Positions 27,730 through 42,289 of a DNA stretch of 64,000 nucleotides are shown here, piece by piece (positions within the stretch are counted from its first letter, which is position 1; every line of letters begins with the position of its first letter). Where the stretch lies: NCBI GenBank assembly GCA_964016885.1, contig OZ024744.1:45818001-45882000 (forward strand). The letters are read 5' to 3'. A model generated the notes under the pieces. The model did not search any database, was not told the origin of the DNA, and saw nothing but the letters and a program-made list of their open reading frames with translations. The DNA comes from Eledone cirrhosa. Its lineage: Eukaryota. The translations under genes and the position numbers were made by a program.

Positions 27730-30700
27730 CCTGGAGACTCGGCTGAGAATGACCTCCCTGATGACGCAATGAAATTCTCAACGGTTCATTACGTAACTGT
27801 CTTTATCCCATTGCAGAAACTAATTAGTTGGAGTGAAAATTTAAGTAAGTAAGTTAATTTTTATTTTTTTTTTATTATTTTTAAAAATGTTCTTATTTAA
27901 CGTCTTTTATATTATTGTTCTGCATTCTCCTGCATCGAACCACCTAGGTACTATGACATAACCTGTGTATTTGCTGGCATTGGCGTACATCTGTGCGCTT
28001 ATGTTAGTAGATATATTAAATTATCTATATTTATCTCCAAATCACTGATTTGTCGAGCAAACCTGTCAAAACCACTTCTAAAAATTTTTTTGGGGGGTGT
28101 TAGTAGGCGCTTGTCATCTTACCACCCCATTCCTACTGACTAGCCTCTGTGTCACGTGATTGATTCTTTAGAATCGGCCATATGATCAGTGGCAGTGAGA
28201 ATTTTCAGTAGCTGGAATCCAGTCCTCAATAGCTGTTCCATTTACCGAATTATTATTAGTTTTATATGAGTCGCCAGTGTCCGCGCATCGCCTGGAGACT
28301 CGGCTGAGAATGACCTCCCTGATGACGCAATGAAATTCTCAACGGTTCATTACGTAACTGTCTTTATCCCATTGCAGAAACTAATTAGTTGGAGTGAAAA
28401 TTTAAGTAAGTAAGTTAATTTTTTTTTTTTTTTTTTTTTTTTTAAAGTTCTTATTTTACGTCTTTTATATTATTGTTCTGCATTCTCCTGCATCGAACCA
28501 CCTAGGTACTATGACATAACCTGTGTATTTGCTGGCATTGGCGTACATCTGTGCGCTTATGTTAGTAGATATATTAAATTATCTATATTTATCTCCAAAT
28601 CACTGATTTGTGGAGCAAACCTGCCAAAACCACTTCTAAAAATTTTTTTTGAGGGTGTTAGTAGGCGCTTGTCATCTTACCACCCCATTCCTACTGACTA
28701 GCCTCTGTGTCACGTGATTGATTCTTTAGAATCGGCCATATGATCAGTGGCAGTGAGAATTTTCAGTAGCTGGAATCCAGTCCCCGATAGCTGTTCCATT
28801 TACCGAATTATTTTTATTTTTATATGAGTCGCCAGTGTCCGCGCATCGCCTGGAGACTCGGCTGAGAATGACCTCCCTGATGACGCAATGAAATTCTCAA
28901 CGGTTCATTACGTAACTGTCTTTATCCCATTGCAGAAACTAATTAGTTGGAGTGAAAATTTAAGTAAGTAAGTTAATTTTTTTTTTTTTTTTTTAAAGTT
29001 CTTAATTTACGTCTTTTATATTATTGTTCTGCATTCTCCTGCATCGAACCACCTAGGTACTATGACATAACCTGTGTATTTGCTGGCATTGGCGTACATC
29101 TGTGCGCTTATGTTAGTAGATATATTAAATTATCTATATTTATCTCCAAATCACTGATTTGTCGAGCAAACCTGTCAAAACCACTTCTAAAAATTTTTTT
29201 GGGGGGTGTTAGTAGGCGCTTGTCATCTTACCACCCCATTCCTACTGACTAGCCTCTGTGTCACGTGATTGATTCTTTAGAATCGGCCATATGATCAGTG
29301 GCAGTGAGAATTTTCAGTAGCTGGAATCCAGTCCTCAATAGCTGTTCCATTTACCGAATTATTATTAGTTTTATATGAGTCGCCAGTGTCCGCGCATCGC
29401 CTGGAGACTCGGCTGAGAATGACCTCCCTGATGACGCAATGAAATTCTCAACGGTTCATTACGTAACTGTCTTTATCCCATTGCAGAAACTAATTAGTTG
29501 GAGTGAAAATTTAAGTAAGTAAGTTAATTTTTTTTTTTTTTTTTTTTTTTTAAAGTTCTTATTTTACGTCTTTTATATTATTGTTCTGCATTCTCCTGCA
29601 TCGAACCACCTAGGTACTATGACATAACCTGTGTATTTGCTGGCATTGGCGTACATCTGTGCGCTTATGTTAGTAGATATATTAAATTATCTATATTTAT
29701 CTCCAAATCACTGATTTGTCGAGCAAACCTGCCAAAACCACTTCTAAAATTTTTTTTGGGGGGTGTTAGTAGGCGTTTGTCATCTTACCACCCCATTCCT
29801 GCTGACTAGCCTCTGTGTCACGTGATTGATTCTTTAGAATCGGCCATATGATCAGTGGCAGTGAGAATTTTCAGTAGCTGGAATCCAGTCCTCGATAGCT
29901 GTTCCATTTACCGAATTATTATTATTTTTATATGAGTCGCCAGTGTCCGCGCATCGCCTGGAGACTCGGCTGAGAATGACCTCCCTGATGACGCAATGAA
30001 ATTCTCAACGGTTCATTACGTAACTGTCTTTATCCCATTGCAGAAACTAATTAGTTGGAGTGAAAATTTAAGTAAGTAAGTTAATTTTTATTTTATTTAT
30101 TTTTTTTTTTTAAATGTTCTTATTTTACGTCTTTTATATTATTGTTCTGCATTCTCCTGCATCGAACCACCTAGGTACTATGACATAACCTGTGTATTTG
30201 CTGGCATTGGCGTACATCTGTGCGCTTATGTTAGTAGATATATTAAATTATCTATATTTACCTCCAAATCACTGATTTGTCGAGCAAACCTGCCAAAACC
30301 ACTTCTAAAAATTTTTTTTGAGGGTGTTAGTAGGCGCTTGTCATCTTACCACCCCATTCCTACTGACTAGCCTCTGTGTCACGTGATTGATTCTTTAGAA
30401 TCGGCCATATGATCAGTGGCAGTGAGAATTTTCAGTAGCTGGAATCCAGTCCCCGATAGCTGTTCCATTTACCGAATTATTTTTATTTTTATATGAGTCG
30501 CCAGTGTCCGCGCATCGCCTGGAGACTCGGCTGAGAATGACCTCCCTGATGACGCAATGAAATTCTCAACGGTTCATTACGTAACTGTCTTTATCCCATT
30601 GCAGAAACTAATTAGTTGGAGTGAAAATTTAAGTAAGTTAATTTTTTTTTTTTTTTTAAATGTTCTTAATTTACGTCTTTTATATTATTGTTCTGCATTC

Positions 30701-30796
30701 TCCTGCATCGAACCACCTAGGTACTATGACATAACCTGTGTATTTGCTGGCATTGGCGTACATCTGTGCGCTTATGTTAGTAGATATATTAAATTA

Positions 30797-30858
<62 letters not shown>

Positions 30859-33800
30859 AATATATATATATATGTATACATGTATACATATATATATATA
30901 TGTATACATATATATACATGTGTGTGTGTGTTTGTGTATTTGTGCGTATGTGTATGTATGGATATGTGGATATAGATGTGTGTATGTATGTATATGTATA
31001 TGTATTTGTACGTGTATGTATGTGTGTATGTATGAATGTATATATATGTATATATATATATACATGTGTGTGTACATGTGTGTGTATGTATATGTGTGTG
31101 TGTGTGCATGCGTGTTTATTTTTCCTTTCCTTCTTCCTTTTCTAGCCTCACTTTCATATAGATTATATTTTTGTATTTAAAATCAACTGTCATTAAATAC
31201 ACCAGATTTTTTCTCTCTGATGACTGAAAGCAAATTGTGTTTGCTTTCAAGAAACCACAGGTAAATGAAATAATTATCTTATGTTGTTTATTACATAACT
31301 AATAAGCTCTGTAACCTACATATAGCACTCTTTTTCCAGGACTTTTCCGATGGAATTACTTCATTTACACATATATATATATATATATATATAAATGTCT
31401 GTGTGTGTGTGTGTATATATATATGTGTATATTATTTAAGAGTTAAACAAGGTTCAATGAATACATCTAAGAATGAGTTTTACACACATACATGTATGTG
31501 TATGTATTTATATGTATGTGTGTGTGTATATGTATATATATATATATGTGTGTGTATATATATATATATATATATGTATGTATGCATGTGTATGTCTATG
31601 TGTATGTATATGTATGTGTATATGTATGTGTGTGTGTGTGTATGTATGTATTTATTTATATGTATGTATGTGTATGTGTAATTGTGTGTATTGATTACCA
31701 CGTGTGTTTGTTCATTTATTTGTCTCCTGTATCGCTGTCAACTTTATAATACTTTTTATTCTTATGTGACGGCCTATATGGTCGTCCATTATATTTTGTG
31801 TGTGTGTGCGTATGTAGGTGTGTGTACATATATCAATATTTGTGTGTGCGTATGTATGCGTGTATATATCTGTGTATGTATGTGTGCGTATGTACGTGTG
31901 TATATGTATATATATATATATATATATATAAAAGCCTGGAGACTCGGCTGAGAATGACCTCCCTGATGACGCAATGAAATTCTCAACGGTTCATTACGTA
32001 ACTGTCTTTATCCCATTGCAGAAACTAATTAGTTGGAGTGAAAATTTAAGTAAGTAAGTTAATTTTTATTTTTTTTTTATTATTTTTAAAAATGTTCTTA
32101 TTTAACGTCTTTTATATTATTGTTCTGCATTCTCCTGCATCGAACCACCTAGGTACTATGACATAACCTGTGTATTTGCTGGCATTGGCGTACATCTGTG
32201 CGCTTATGTTAGTAGATATATTAAATTATCTATATTTATCTCCAAATCACTGATTTGTCGAGCAAACCTGCCAAAACCACTTCTAAAAATTTTTTTGGGG
32301 GGTGTTAGTAGGCGCTTGTCATCTTACCACCCCATTCCTGCTGACTAGCCTCTGTGTCACGTGATTGATTCTTTAGAATCGGCCATATGATCAGTGGTAG
32401 TGAGAATTTTCAGTAGCTGGAATCCAGTCCTCGATAGCTGTTCCATTTACCGAATTATTATTATTTTTATATGAGTCGCCAGTGTCCGCGCATCGCCTGG
32501 AGACTCGGCTGAGAATGACCTCCCTGATGACGCAATGAAATTCTCAACGGTTCATTACGTAACTGTCTTTATCCCATTGCAGAAACTAATTAGTTGGAGT
32601 GAAAATTTAAGTAAGTAAGTTAATTTTTTATTTTTTTTATTTTTTTTAAAAATGTTCTTATTTTACGTCTTTTATATTATTGTTCTGCATTCTCCTGCAT
32701 CGAACCACCTAGGTACTATGACATAACCTGTGTATTTGCTGGCATTGGCGTACATCTGTGCGCTTATGTTAGTAGATATATTAAATTATCTATATTTATC
32801 TCCAAATCACTGATTTGTCGAGCAAACCTGCCAAAACCACTTCTAAAAATTTTTTTTGAGGGTGTTAGTAGGCGCTTGTCATCTTACCACCCCATTCCTA
32901 CTGACTAGCCTCTGTGTCACGTGATTGATTCTTTAGAATCGGCCATATGATCAGTGGCTGTGAGAATTTTCAGTAGCTGGAATCCAGTCCCCGATAGCTG
33001 TTCCATTTACCGAATTATTATTATTTTTATATGAGTCGCCAGTGTCCGCGCATCGCCTGGAGACTCGGCTGAGAATGACCTCCCTGATGACGCAATGAAA
33101 TTCTCAACGGTTCATTACGTAACTGTCTTTATCCCATTGCAGAAACTAATTAGTTGGAGTGAAAATTTAAGTAAGTAAGTTAATTTTTTATTTTTTTTAT
33201 TTTTTTTTAAAATGTTCTTATTTTACGTCTTTTATATTATTGTTCTGCATTCTCCTGCATCGAACCACCTAGGTACTATGACATAACCTGTGTATTTGCT
33301 GGCATTGGCGTACATCTGTGCGCTTATGTTAGTAGATATATTAAATTATCTATATTTATCTCCAAATCACTGATTTGTCGAGCAAACCTGCCAAAACCAC
33401 TTCTAAAAATTTTTTTTGAGGGTGTTAGTAGGCGCTTGTCATCTTACCACCCCATTCCTACTGACTAGCCTCTGTGTCACGTGATTGATTCTTTAGAATC
33501 GGCCATATGATCAGTGGCTGTGAGAATTTTCAGTAGCTGGAATCCAGTCCCCGATAGCTGTTCCATTTACCGAATTATTATTATTTTTATATGAGTCGCC
33601 AGTGTCCGCGCATCGCCTGGAGACTCGGCTGAGAATGACCTCCCTGATGACGCAATGAAATTCTCAACGGTTCATTACGTAACTGTCTTTATCCCATTGC
33701 AGAAACTAATTAGTTGGAGTGAAAATTTAAGTAAGTAAGTTAATTTTTTTTTTTTTTTTTTTAAATGTTCTTAATTTACGTCTTTTATATTATTGTTCTG

Positions 33801-33901
33801 CATTCTCCTGCATCGAACCACCTAGGTACTATGACATAACCTGTGTATTTGCTGGCATTGGCGTACATCTGTGCGCTTATGTTAGTAGATATATTAAATT
33901 A

Positions 33902-33992
<91 letters not shown>

Positions 33993-34477
33993 GTATACAT
34001 ATATATATATATGTATACATATATATACATGTGTGTGTGTGTTTGTGTATTTGTGCGTATGTGTATGTATGGATATGTGGATATAGATGTGTGTATGTAT
34101 GTATATGTATATGTATTTGTACGTGTATGTATGTGTGTATGTATGAATGTATATATATGTATATATATATATACATGTGTGTGTACATGTGTGTGTATGT
34201 ATATGTGTGTGTGTGTGCATGCGTGTTTATTTTTCCTTTCCTTCTTCCTTTTCTAGCCTCACTTTCATATAGATTATATTTTTGTATTTAAAATCAACTG
34301 TCATTAAATACACCAGATTTTTTCTCTCTGATGACTGAAAGCAAATTGTGTTTGCTTTCAAGAAACCACAGGTAAATGAAATAATTATCTTATGTTGTTT
34401 ATTACATAACTAATAAGCTCTGTAACCTACATATAGCACTCTTTTTCCAGGACTTTTCCGATGGAATTACTTCATTT

Positions 34478-34509
<32 letters not shown>

Positions 34510-35013
34510 ATGTGTGTGTGTGTGTGTGTGTATACATATGTGTATATTATTTAAGAGTTAAACAAGGTTCAATGAATACATCTAAGAATGAGTTTTACAC
34601 ACATACATGTGTGTGTATGTATTTATATGTATGTGTGTGTGTATATGTATATATATATATATATGTGTGTATATATATATATATATATGTATGTATGCAT
34701 GTGTATGTCTATGTGTATGTATATGTATGTGTATATGTATGTGTGTGTGTGTGTATGTATGTATTTATTTATATGTATGTATGTGTATGTGTAATTGTGT
34801 GTATTGATTACCACGTGTGTTTGTTCATTTATTTGTCTCCTGTATCGCTGTCAACTTTATAATACTTTTTATTCTTATGTGACGGCCTATATGGTCGTCC
34901 ATTATATTTTGTGTGTGTGTGCGTATGTAGGTGTGTGTACATATATCAATATTTGTGTGTGCGTATGTATGCGTGTATATATGTGTGTATGTATGTGTGC
35001 GTATGTACGTGTG

Positions 35014-35065
<52 letters not shown>

Positions 35066-35920
35066 CCTGGAGACTCGGCTGAGAATGACCTCCCTGATGA
35101 CGCAATGAAATACTCAACGGTTCATTACGTAACTGTCTTTATCCCATTGCAGAAACTAATTAGTTGGAGTGAAAATTTAAGTAAGTAAGTTAATTTTTTT
35201 TATTTTTTTATTTTTTTATTTTTTTTTTAAATGTTCTTATTTTACGTCTTTTATATTATTGTTCTGCATTCTCCTGCATCGAACCACCTAGGTACTATGA
35301 CATAACCTGTGTATTTGCTGGCATTGGCGTACATCTGTGCGCTTATGTTAGTAGATATATTAAATTATCTATATTTATCTCCAAATCACTGATTTGTCGA
35401 GCAAACCTGCCAAAACCACTTCTAAAAATTTTTTTTGAGGGTGTTAGTAGGCGCTTGTCATCTTACCACCCCATTCCTACTGACTAGCCTCTGTGTCACG
35501 TGATTGATTCTTTAGAATCGGCCATATGATCAGTGGCAGTGAGAATTTTCAGTAGCTGGAATCCAGTCCCCGATAGCTGTTCCATTTACCGAATTATTTT
35601 TATTTTTATATGAGTCGCCAGTGTCCGCGCATCGCCTGGAGACTCGGCTGAGAATGACCTCCCTGATGACGCAATGAAATTCTCAACGGTTCATTACGTA
35701 ACTGTCTTTATCCCATTGCAGAAACTAATTAGTTGGAGTGAAAATTTAAGTAAGTAAGTTAATTTTTTTTTTTTTTTTTTTAAATGTTCTTAATTTACGT
35801 CTTTTATATTATTGTTCTGCATTCTCCTGCATCGAACCACCTAGGTACTATGACATAACCTGTGTATTTGCTGGCATTGGCGTACATCTGTGCGCTTATG
35901 TTAGTAGATATATTAAATTA

Positions 35921-35974
<54 letters not shown>

Positions 35975-37014
35975 AATATATATATATATGTATACATGTA
36001 TACATATATATATATATGTATACATATATATACATGTGTGTGTGTGTTTGTGTATTTGTGCGTATGTGTATGTATGGATATGTGGATATAGATGTGTGTA
36101 TGTATGTATATGTATATGTATTTGTACGTGTATGTATGTGTGTATGTATGAATGTATATATATGTATATATATATATACATGTGTGTGTACATGTGTGTG
36201 TATGTATATGTGTGTGTGTGTGCATGCGTGTTTATTTTTCCTTTCCTTCTTCCTTTTCTAGCCTCACTTTCATATAGATTATATTTTTGTATTTAAAATC
36301 AACTGTCATTAAATACACCAGATTTTTTCTCTCTGATGACTGAAAGCAAATTGTGTTTGCTTTCAAGAAACCACAGGTAAATGAAATAATTATCTTATGT
36401 TGTTTATTACATAACTAATAAGCTCTGTAACCTACATATAGCACTCTTTTTCCAGGACTTTTCCGATGGAATTACTTCATTTACACATATATATATATAT
36501 ATATATATAAATGTGTGTGTGTGTGTGTGTGTATACATATGTGTATATTATTTAAGAGTTAAACAAGGTTCAATGAATACATCTAAGAATGAGTTTTACA
36601 CACATACATGTGTGTGTATGTATTTATATGTATGTGTGTGTGTATATGTATATATATATATATATGTGTGTATATATATATATATATATGTATGTATGCA
36701 TGTGTATGTCTATGTGTATGTATATGTATGTGTATATGTATGTGTGTGTGTGTGTATGTATGTATTTATTTATATGTATGTATGTGTATGTGTAATTGTG
36801 TGTATTGATTACCACGTGTGTTTGTTCATTTATTTGTCTCCTGTATCGCTGTCAACTTTATAATACTTTTTATTCTTATGTGACGGCCTATATGGTCGTC
36901 CATTATATTTTGTGTGTGTGTGCGTATGTAGGTGTGTGTACATATATCAATATTTGTGTGTGCGTATGTATGCGTGTATATATGTGTGTATGTATGTGTG
37001 CGTATGTACGTGTG

Positions 37015-37058
<44 letters not shown>

Positions 37059-37913
37059 CCTGGAGACTCGGCTGAGAATGACCTCCCTGATGACGCAATG
37101 AAATTCTCAACGGTTCATTACGTAACTGTCTTTATCCCATTGCAGAAACTAATTAGTTGGAGTGAAAATTTAAGTAAGTAAGTTAATTTTTTTTATTTTT
37201 TTATTTTTTTATTTTTTTTTAAAATGTTCTTATTTTACGTCTTTTATATTATTGTTCTGCATTCTCCTGCATCGAACCACCTAGGTACTATGACATAACC
37301 TGTGTATTTGCTGGCATTGGCGTACATCTGTGCGCTTATGTTAGTAGATATATTAAATTATCTATATTTATCTCCAAATCACTGATTTGTCGAGCAAACC
37401 TGCCAAAACCACTTCTAAAAATTTTTTTTGAGGGTGTTAGTAGGCGCTTGTCATCTTACCACCCCATTCCTACTGACTAGCCTCTGTGTCACGTGATTGA
37501 TTCTTTAGAATCGGCCATATGATCAGTGGCAGTGAGAATTTTCAGTAGCTGGAATCCAGTCCCCGATAGCTGTTCCATTTACCGAATTATTATTATTTTT
37601 ATATGAGTCGCCAGTGTCCGCGCATCGCCTGGAGACTCGGCTGAGAATGACCTCCCTGATGACGCAATGAAATTCTCAACGGTTCATTACGTAACTGTCT
37701 TTATCCCATTGCAGAAACTAATTAGTTGGAGTGAAAATTTAAGTAAGTTAATTTTTTTTTTTTTTTTTTTTTTTAAATGTTCTTATTTTACGTCTTTTAT
37801 ATTATTGTTCTGCATTCTCCTGCATCGAACCACCTAGGTACTATGACATAACCTGTGTATTTGCTGGCATTGGCGTACATCTGTGCGCTTATGTTAGTAG
37901 ATATATTAAATTA

Positions 37914-38017
<104 letters not shown>

Positions 38018-38960
38018 TGTATACATATATATATATATGTATACATATATATATATATGTATACATATATATATATACATGTGTGTGTGTGTTTGTGTAT
38101 TTGTGCGTATGTGTATGTATGGATATGTGGATATAGATGTGTGTATGTATGTATATGTATATGTATTTGTACGTGTATGTATGTGTGTATGTATGAATGT
38201 ATATATATATATATATATACATGTGTGTATACATGGGTGTGTATGTATATGTGTGTGTGTGTGCATGCCTGTTTATTTTTCCTTTCCTTCTTCCTTTTCT
38301 AGCCTCACTTTCATATAGATTATATTTTTGTATTTAAAATCAACTGTCAATAAATACACCAGATTTTTTCTCTCTGATGACTGAAAGCAAATTGTGTTTG
38401 CTTTCAAGAAACCACAGGTAAATGAAATAATTATCTTATGTTGTTTATTACATAACTAATAAGCTCTGTAACCTACATATAGCACTCTTTTTTCAGGACC
38501 TTTCCGACGGAATTACTTCACACAGCTATATATATACATAAGAACAAGTATGACCCCGACGGCAGAGCTCAAGCCGTTTCGATGGCTATTTCAGAAATAA
38601 CCGTCGAAACGGCTTGAGCTCTGCCGTCGGGGTCATACTTGTTCCTATTACCCATTCTACTACTCTAAGTATTGAGTACTTTGGTGCGTTATGGTGCATC
38701 TGGTTCCTTACCACAATTCCTTCGTTATATATATATATATATACCTGTAACCATATGTATGTATTTATCTATGCATGTATGAATATATAAAATATTGTCA
38801 TATTTACAAAAATATTTTTCTAATATCGTTTAATATTTTATCTTGTCGTCTGCTTCTCTTCTCACAACATGTGGTTACTTACTGTCTCACTCTCTCTTTC
38901 TTTCCCCTCTCACACAGCTTCTTCTTTCTCTCTTTTTTGCCAGACCCTTGTCTCCCACAG

Positions 38961-39030
<70 letters not shown>

Positions 39031-39464
39031 CTCGCTCTCTCTCTCTCCCTTCCGCTTCCTTTTTAATCTCTTTCTTTATGTCGCTGTTTCCCTCCTATAG
39101 ACATTATCTCTCTTTATGTTTCTGTCCCTCTCTCTCTTCTACTCTGTACTTCCTTTCCTTCTCTTTCTCAATGTACCGCGTTTATCGGAGTTATGAGTAA
39201 AAACATACACACGTATACGTACAGATATAAATATACATTTATATATTCATTTTTAGCTTTATTGTTTTACTTTATAACACCCTCTTACTACTTTTACTGT
39301 ATTCTAACTTTTTCATTTTTCATATATATTTTTATTCTTTATTATTATTATTATATATGTATTATTATATATGTATTATTATATATGTATCCATACCTTT
39401 GACATTGTGTCTCACTATATCACACACCCCTTACCCTTGCTCATCTTTCAAATGTTCATGTATG

Positions 39465-39655
39465 TATGTGTGTATATGTATATTTGTGTACGTCGCCATA
39501 TATGTATGTCTGTATTTGTGTATATGTATATTTGTGTACGTCGCCATATATGTATGTATGTATGTGTGTATATGTATATTTGTGTACGTCGCCATATATG
39601 CATGTATGTATTTGTGTATATGTATATTTGTGTACGTCTCCATATATGTATGTAT
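39465..39655. repeat. ~52-bp tandem repeat, about 4 copies
   Basis: tatgtatatttgtgtacgtcgccatatatg recurring. Confidence 0.85.
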
Positions 39656-40349
39656 GTGTGTGTACTGTGTGTACTGTGTGTGTTTAGCCCTAACTTTTTA
39701 TGCTTTTCTCTGAGTGTGTTTTTTGTCTTTTAGTCTTTTTATTTCTTCGCCTTTTGTTTATGTTTTTTGTCTTTACGTCCGTAAGTGTGCATGATTGTTT
39801 TTATATCATTTTTATTAATTTATTTTTTTACATAAGGTTATTTATTTTTATTTTTAAGTTAATTTTTATTTTTATCTTTAATATTTATTATATTATTTTA
39901 CCATTTCATTTTTATATTTTAATGTATGTATATATTCTTATTTATATGTGCGTATATAGTCGTCTATCAACGACTATATACCTATTTTACTTCTACCTTC
40001 ATTTATGTATACGTGTTTTCATGTGCGTACATACACATATATTATTTACTATACACATGCAATTGTATATGTAGATTTATCGATGCATGTATGTATATAT
40101 AAAATATTGCCATATTTACAAACATATTTTTCTAATATCGTGTTTAATATTTTATCTTGTCGTCTGCTTCTCTTCTCACATGTGGTTACTTACTGTCTCA
40201 CTCTCTCTTTCTTTCCCCTCTCACACAACCTCTTCTTTCTCTCTCTTTTTGCCAGTCCCTTCTCTCACATAGCCTTCTCTCTCTCTCTCCCTTTTTTCTT
40301 TGTCTCTTTCTTTCTGTCGCTGTTTCTCTCCTGTAGACATTCTCTCTCT

Positions 40350-41989
40350 GGCACTACCATGCTATTAGCTGTCAGAAGTGAATGTTTCGTCAATCTTCTC
40401 AATCGCAAACATCGTTTATTTCCGTTATTTTAATAAAGCATATCGATGTAAGTGGAGTTACTTAAATGAACATATAGGTGGCCCTTAATAAAGCATATCG
40501 ATGTAAGTGGAGTTACTTAAATGAACATATAGGTGGCCCTTAAAAGGACCACATTAGAAAACAAATTTAAGTAATTAGAAAACAAGTCATGGTTATCAAA
40601 TAAATTGGATTTAATCATTTATATTTTCATAGTCATGGTTATCAATGTAGAAAACAAGTCATTTTCACCAACAGTGGAGTTACTTCTGACAGCTAATACC
40701 ATGAACTTAAATTAATTTTCACCAACAGTGGAATTACTTCTGACAGCTAATACCATGAACTTAAATGAATTTTCACCAACAGTGGAGTTACTTCTGACAG
40801 CTAATATCATGAACTTAAATTAATTTTCACCAACAGTGGAGTTACTTCTGACAGCTGATACTATGAACTTAAATTAATTTTCACCAACAGTGGAGTTACT
40901 TCTGACAGCTAATATCATGAACTTAAATTAATTTTCACCAACAGTGGAGTTATTTCTGACAGCTAATACTATGAACTTAAATTAATTTTCACCAACAGTG
41001 GAGTTACTTCTGACAGCTAATACCATGAACTTAAATTAATTTTCACCAACAGTGGAGTTACTTCTGACAGCTAATACCACGAACTTAAATTAATTTTCAC
41101 CAACAGTGGAGTTACCTCTGACAGCTAATACCATGAACTATATTTTCATAGTCATGGTTATCAATGTAGAAAACAAGTCATTTTCACCAACAGTGGAGTT
41201 AACTTAAATGAAAATATAGGTGGCCCTTAAAAGGGCTAAATCTTTTTTCACCAACCCAATACATTTATGAAGAAATGTTTAGAAAACAAATTTTTTTCAC
41301 CAACCTTATTCAAAAGCATGGATACAGTCCACATGGAGACAAGAGACAGTCCCCATGGAGACAAATGCCCATGGAGATTGATGGTATCTGCTGTAGTAGC
41401 GGTAGCGATGGAAAGATGGCGATGGTTAATTCCATTAACACTTGGGTATATTGCAGAATTCATATTTTTCAACTTGCAAATGCGTGTATTATCACAAAGT
41501 AAAGATTAAAGTTTATTTATTTACACGTGGTGTTGGTGATGATTGTTGCTGATTGGTGGGGATTGTCTCCATGGGGACTGTCTCCATGGGGGCTGTCTCC
41601 ATGGGGACTGTCTCCATGGGATTGTTTCCATGGGGACTGTCTCTTGTCTCCATGTGGACTGTATCCATGCTTTTGAATAAGGTTGGTGAAAAAAATTTGT
41701 TTTCTAAACATTTCTTCATAAATGTATAGGGTTGGTGAAAAAAATTTGATAACCATATATTTGTTTTCTAATTTGGCCCTTTTAAGGGCCACCTATATTT
41801 TCATTTAAGTTAATTCCACTGTTGGTGAAAATGACTTGTTTTCTATATTGATAACCATGACTATGAAAATATAAATGATTAAATCCAATTTATTTGATAT
41901 CCATGATTTGTTTTCTAATTAACTTAAAAATTTGTTTTCTAATTTCTTCGCCTACTTTCACTTCTGACAGCTAATAGCATGGTAGTGCC
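40350..41989. mobile_element. Non-autonomous TIR transposon, Merlin-like (33-bp TIRs starting GGCAC, 8-bp TSD ctctctct)
   Basis: ggcactaccatgctattagctgtcagaagtgaa / ttcacttctgacagctaatagcatggtagtgcc. The empty site cattctctctctttc is visible in paralogues at ~44138 and ~45100. Confidence 0.8.
40662..41140. repeat. 54-bp minisatellite (~9 units) inside the Merlin-like element
   Basis: ttttcaccaacagtggagttacttctgacagctaataccatgaacttaaattaa. Confidence 0.95.
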
Positions 41990-42289
41990 CTCTCTCTTTC
42001 TTTTTCTGACCCTCTCTCTCTTCTACTCTGCACTTTCTACTTCCTTCTCTTTCTCAACCGCGTTCCTGCTTACGGCAGTTCTAATGGAGATTTTTTTAAC
42101 GCAAAGTCACACAAGGATTAGAAAAATGGCGATTATCACTTTGAAAGTAAAAATTATGCAATAAATAGTTGTTATTGACACGTCTCGCATCCTCCTTTCG
42201 CAATGTGAAAAGTTTTAGCGAGATCGGGTGAACAATACGCAAGTTATAATACTTTACACACACAAACAGAACGGGACTTATATAGTAGA

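Larger units (their letters stand above)
38544..42289 (-). mobile_element. Non-autonomous Helitron copy, interrupted by a Merlin-like element
   Basis: Minus strand starts TCTACTATATAAG at 42289 and ends with an agcc.t cgaa acggct hairpin..CTTG|T at ~38544. Internal CT-rich body is shared with 43860-45401. Confidence 0.6.

Noticed and set aside
30557-30859. 100-aa [11 protein letters not shown].. in the monomer
   Set aside because: It is open only in one copy, through poly-T length and loss of a gtaa unit; most copies stop after ~27 codons.
40662-41140. 54-bp array as CRISPR
   Set aside because: Pure tandem repeat with no unique spacers.
41248-41792. Mirror-image ORFs MKKCLENKFF on both strands
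   Set aside because: Artefact of the internal inverted repeat of the Merlin-like element; no transposase motifs.
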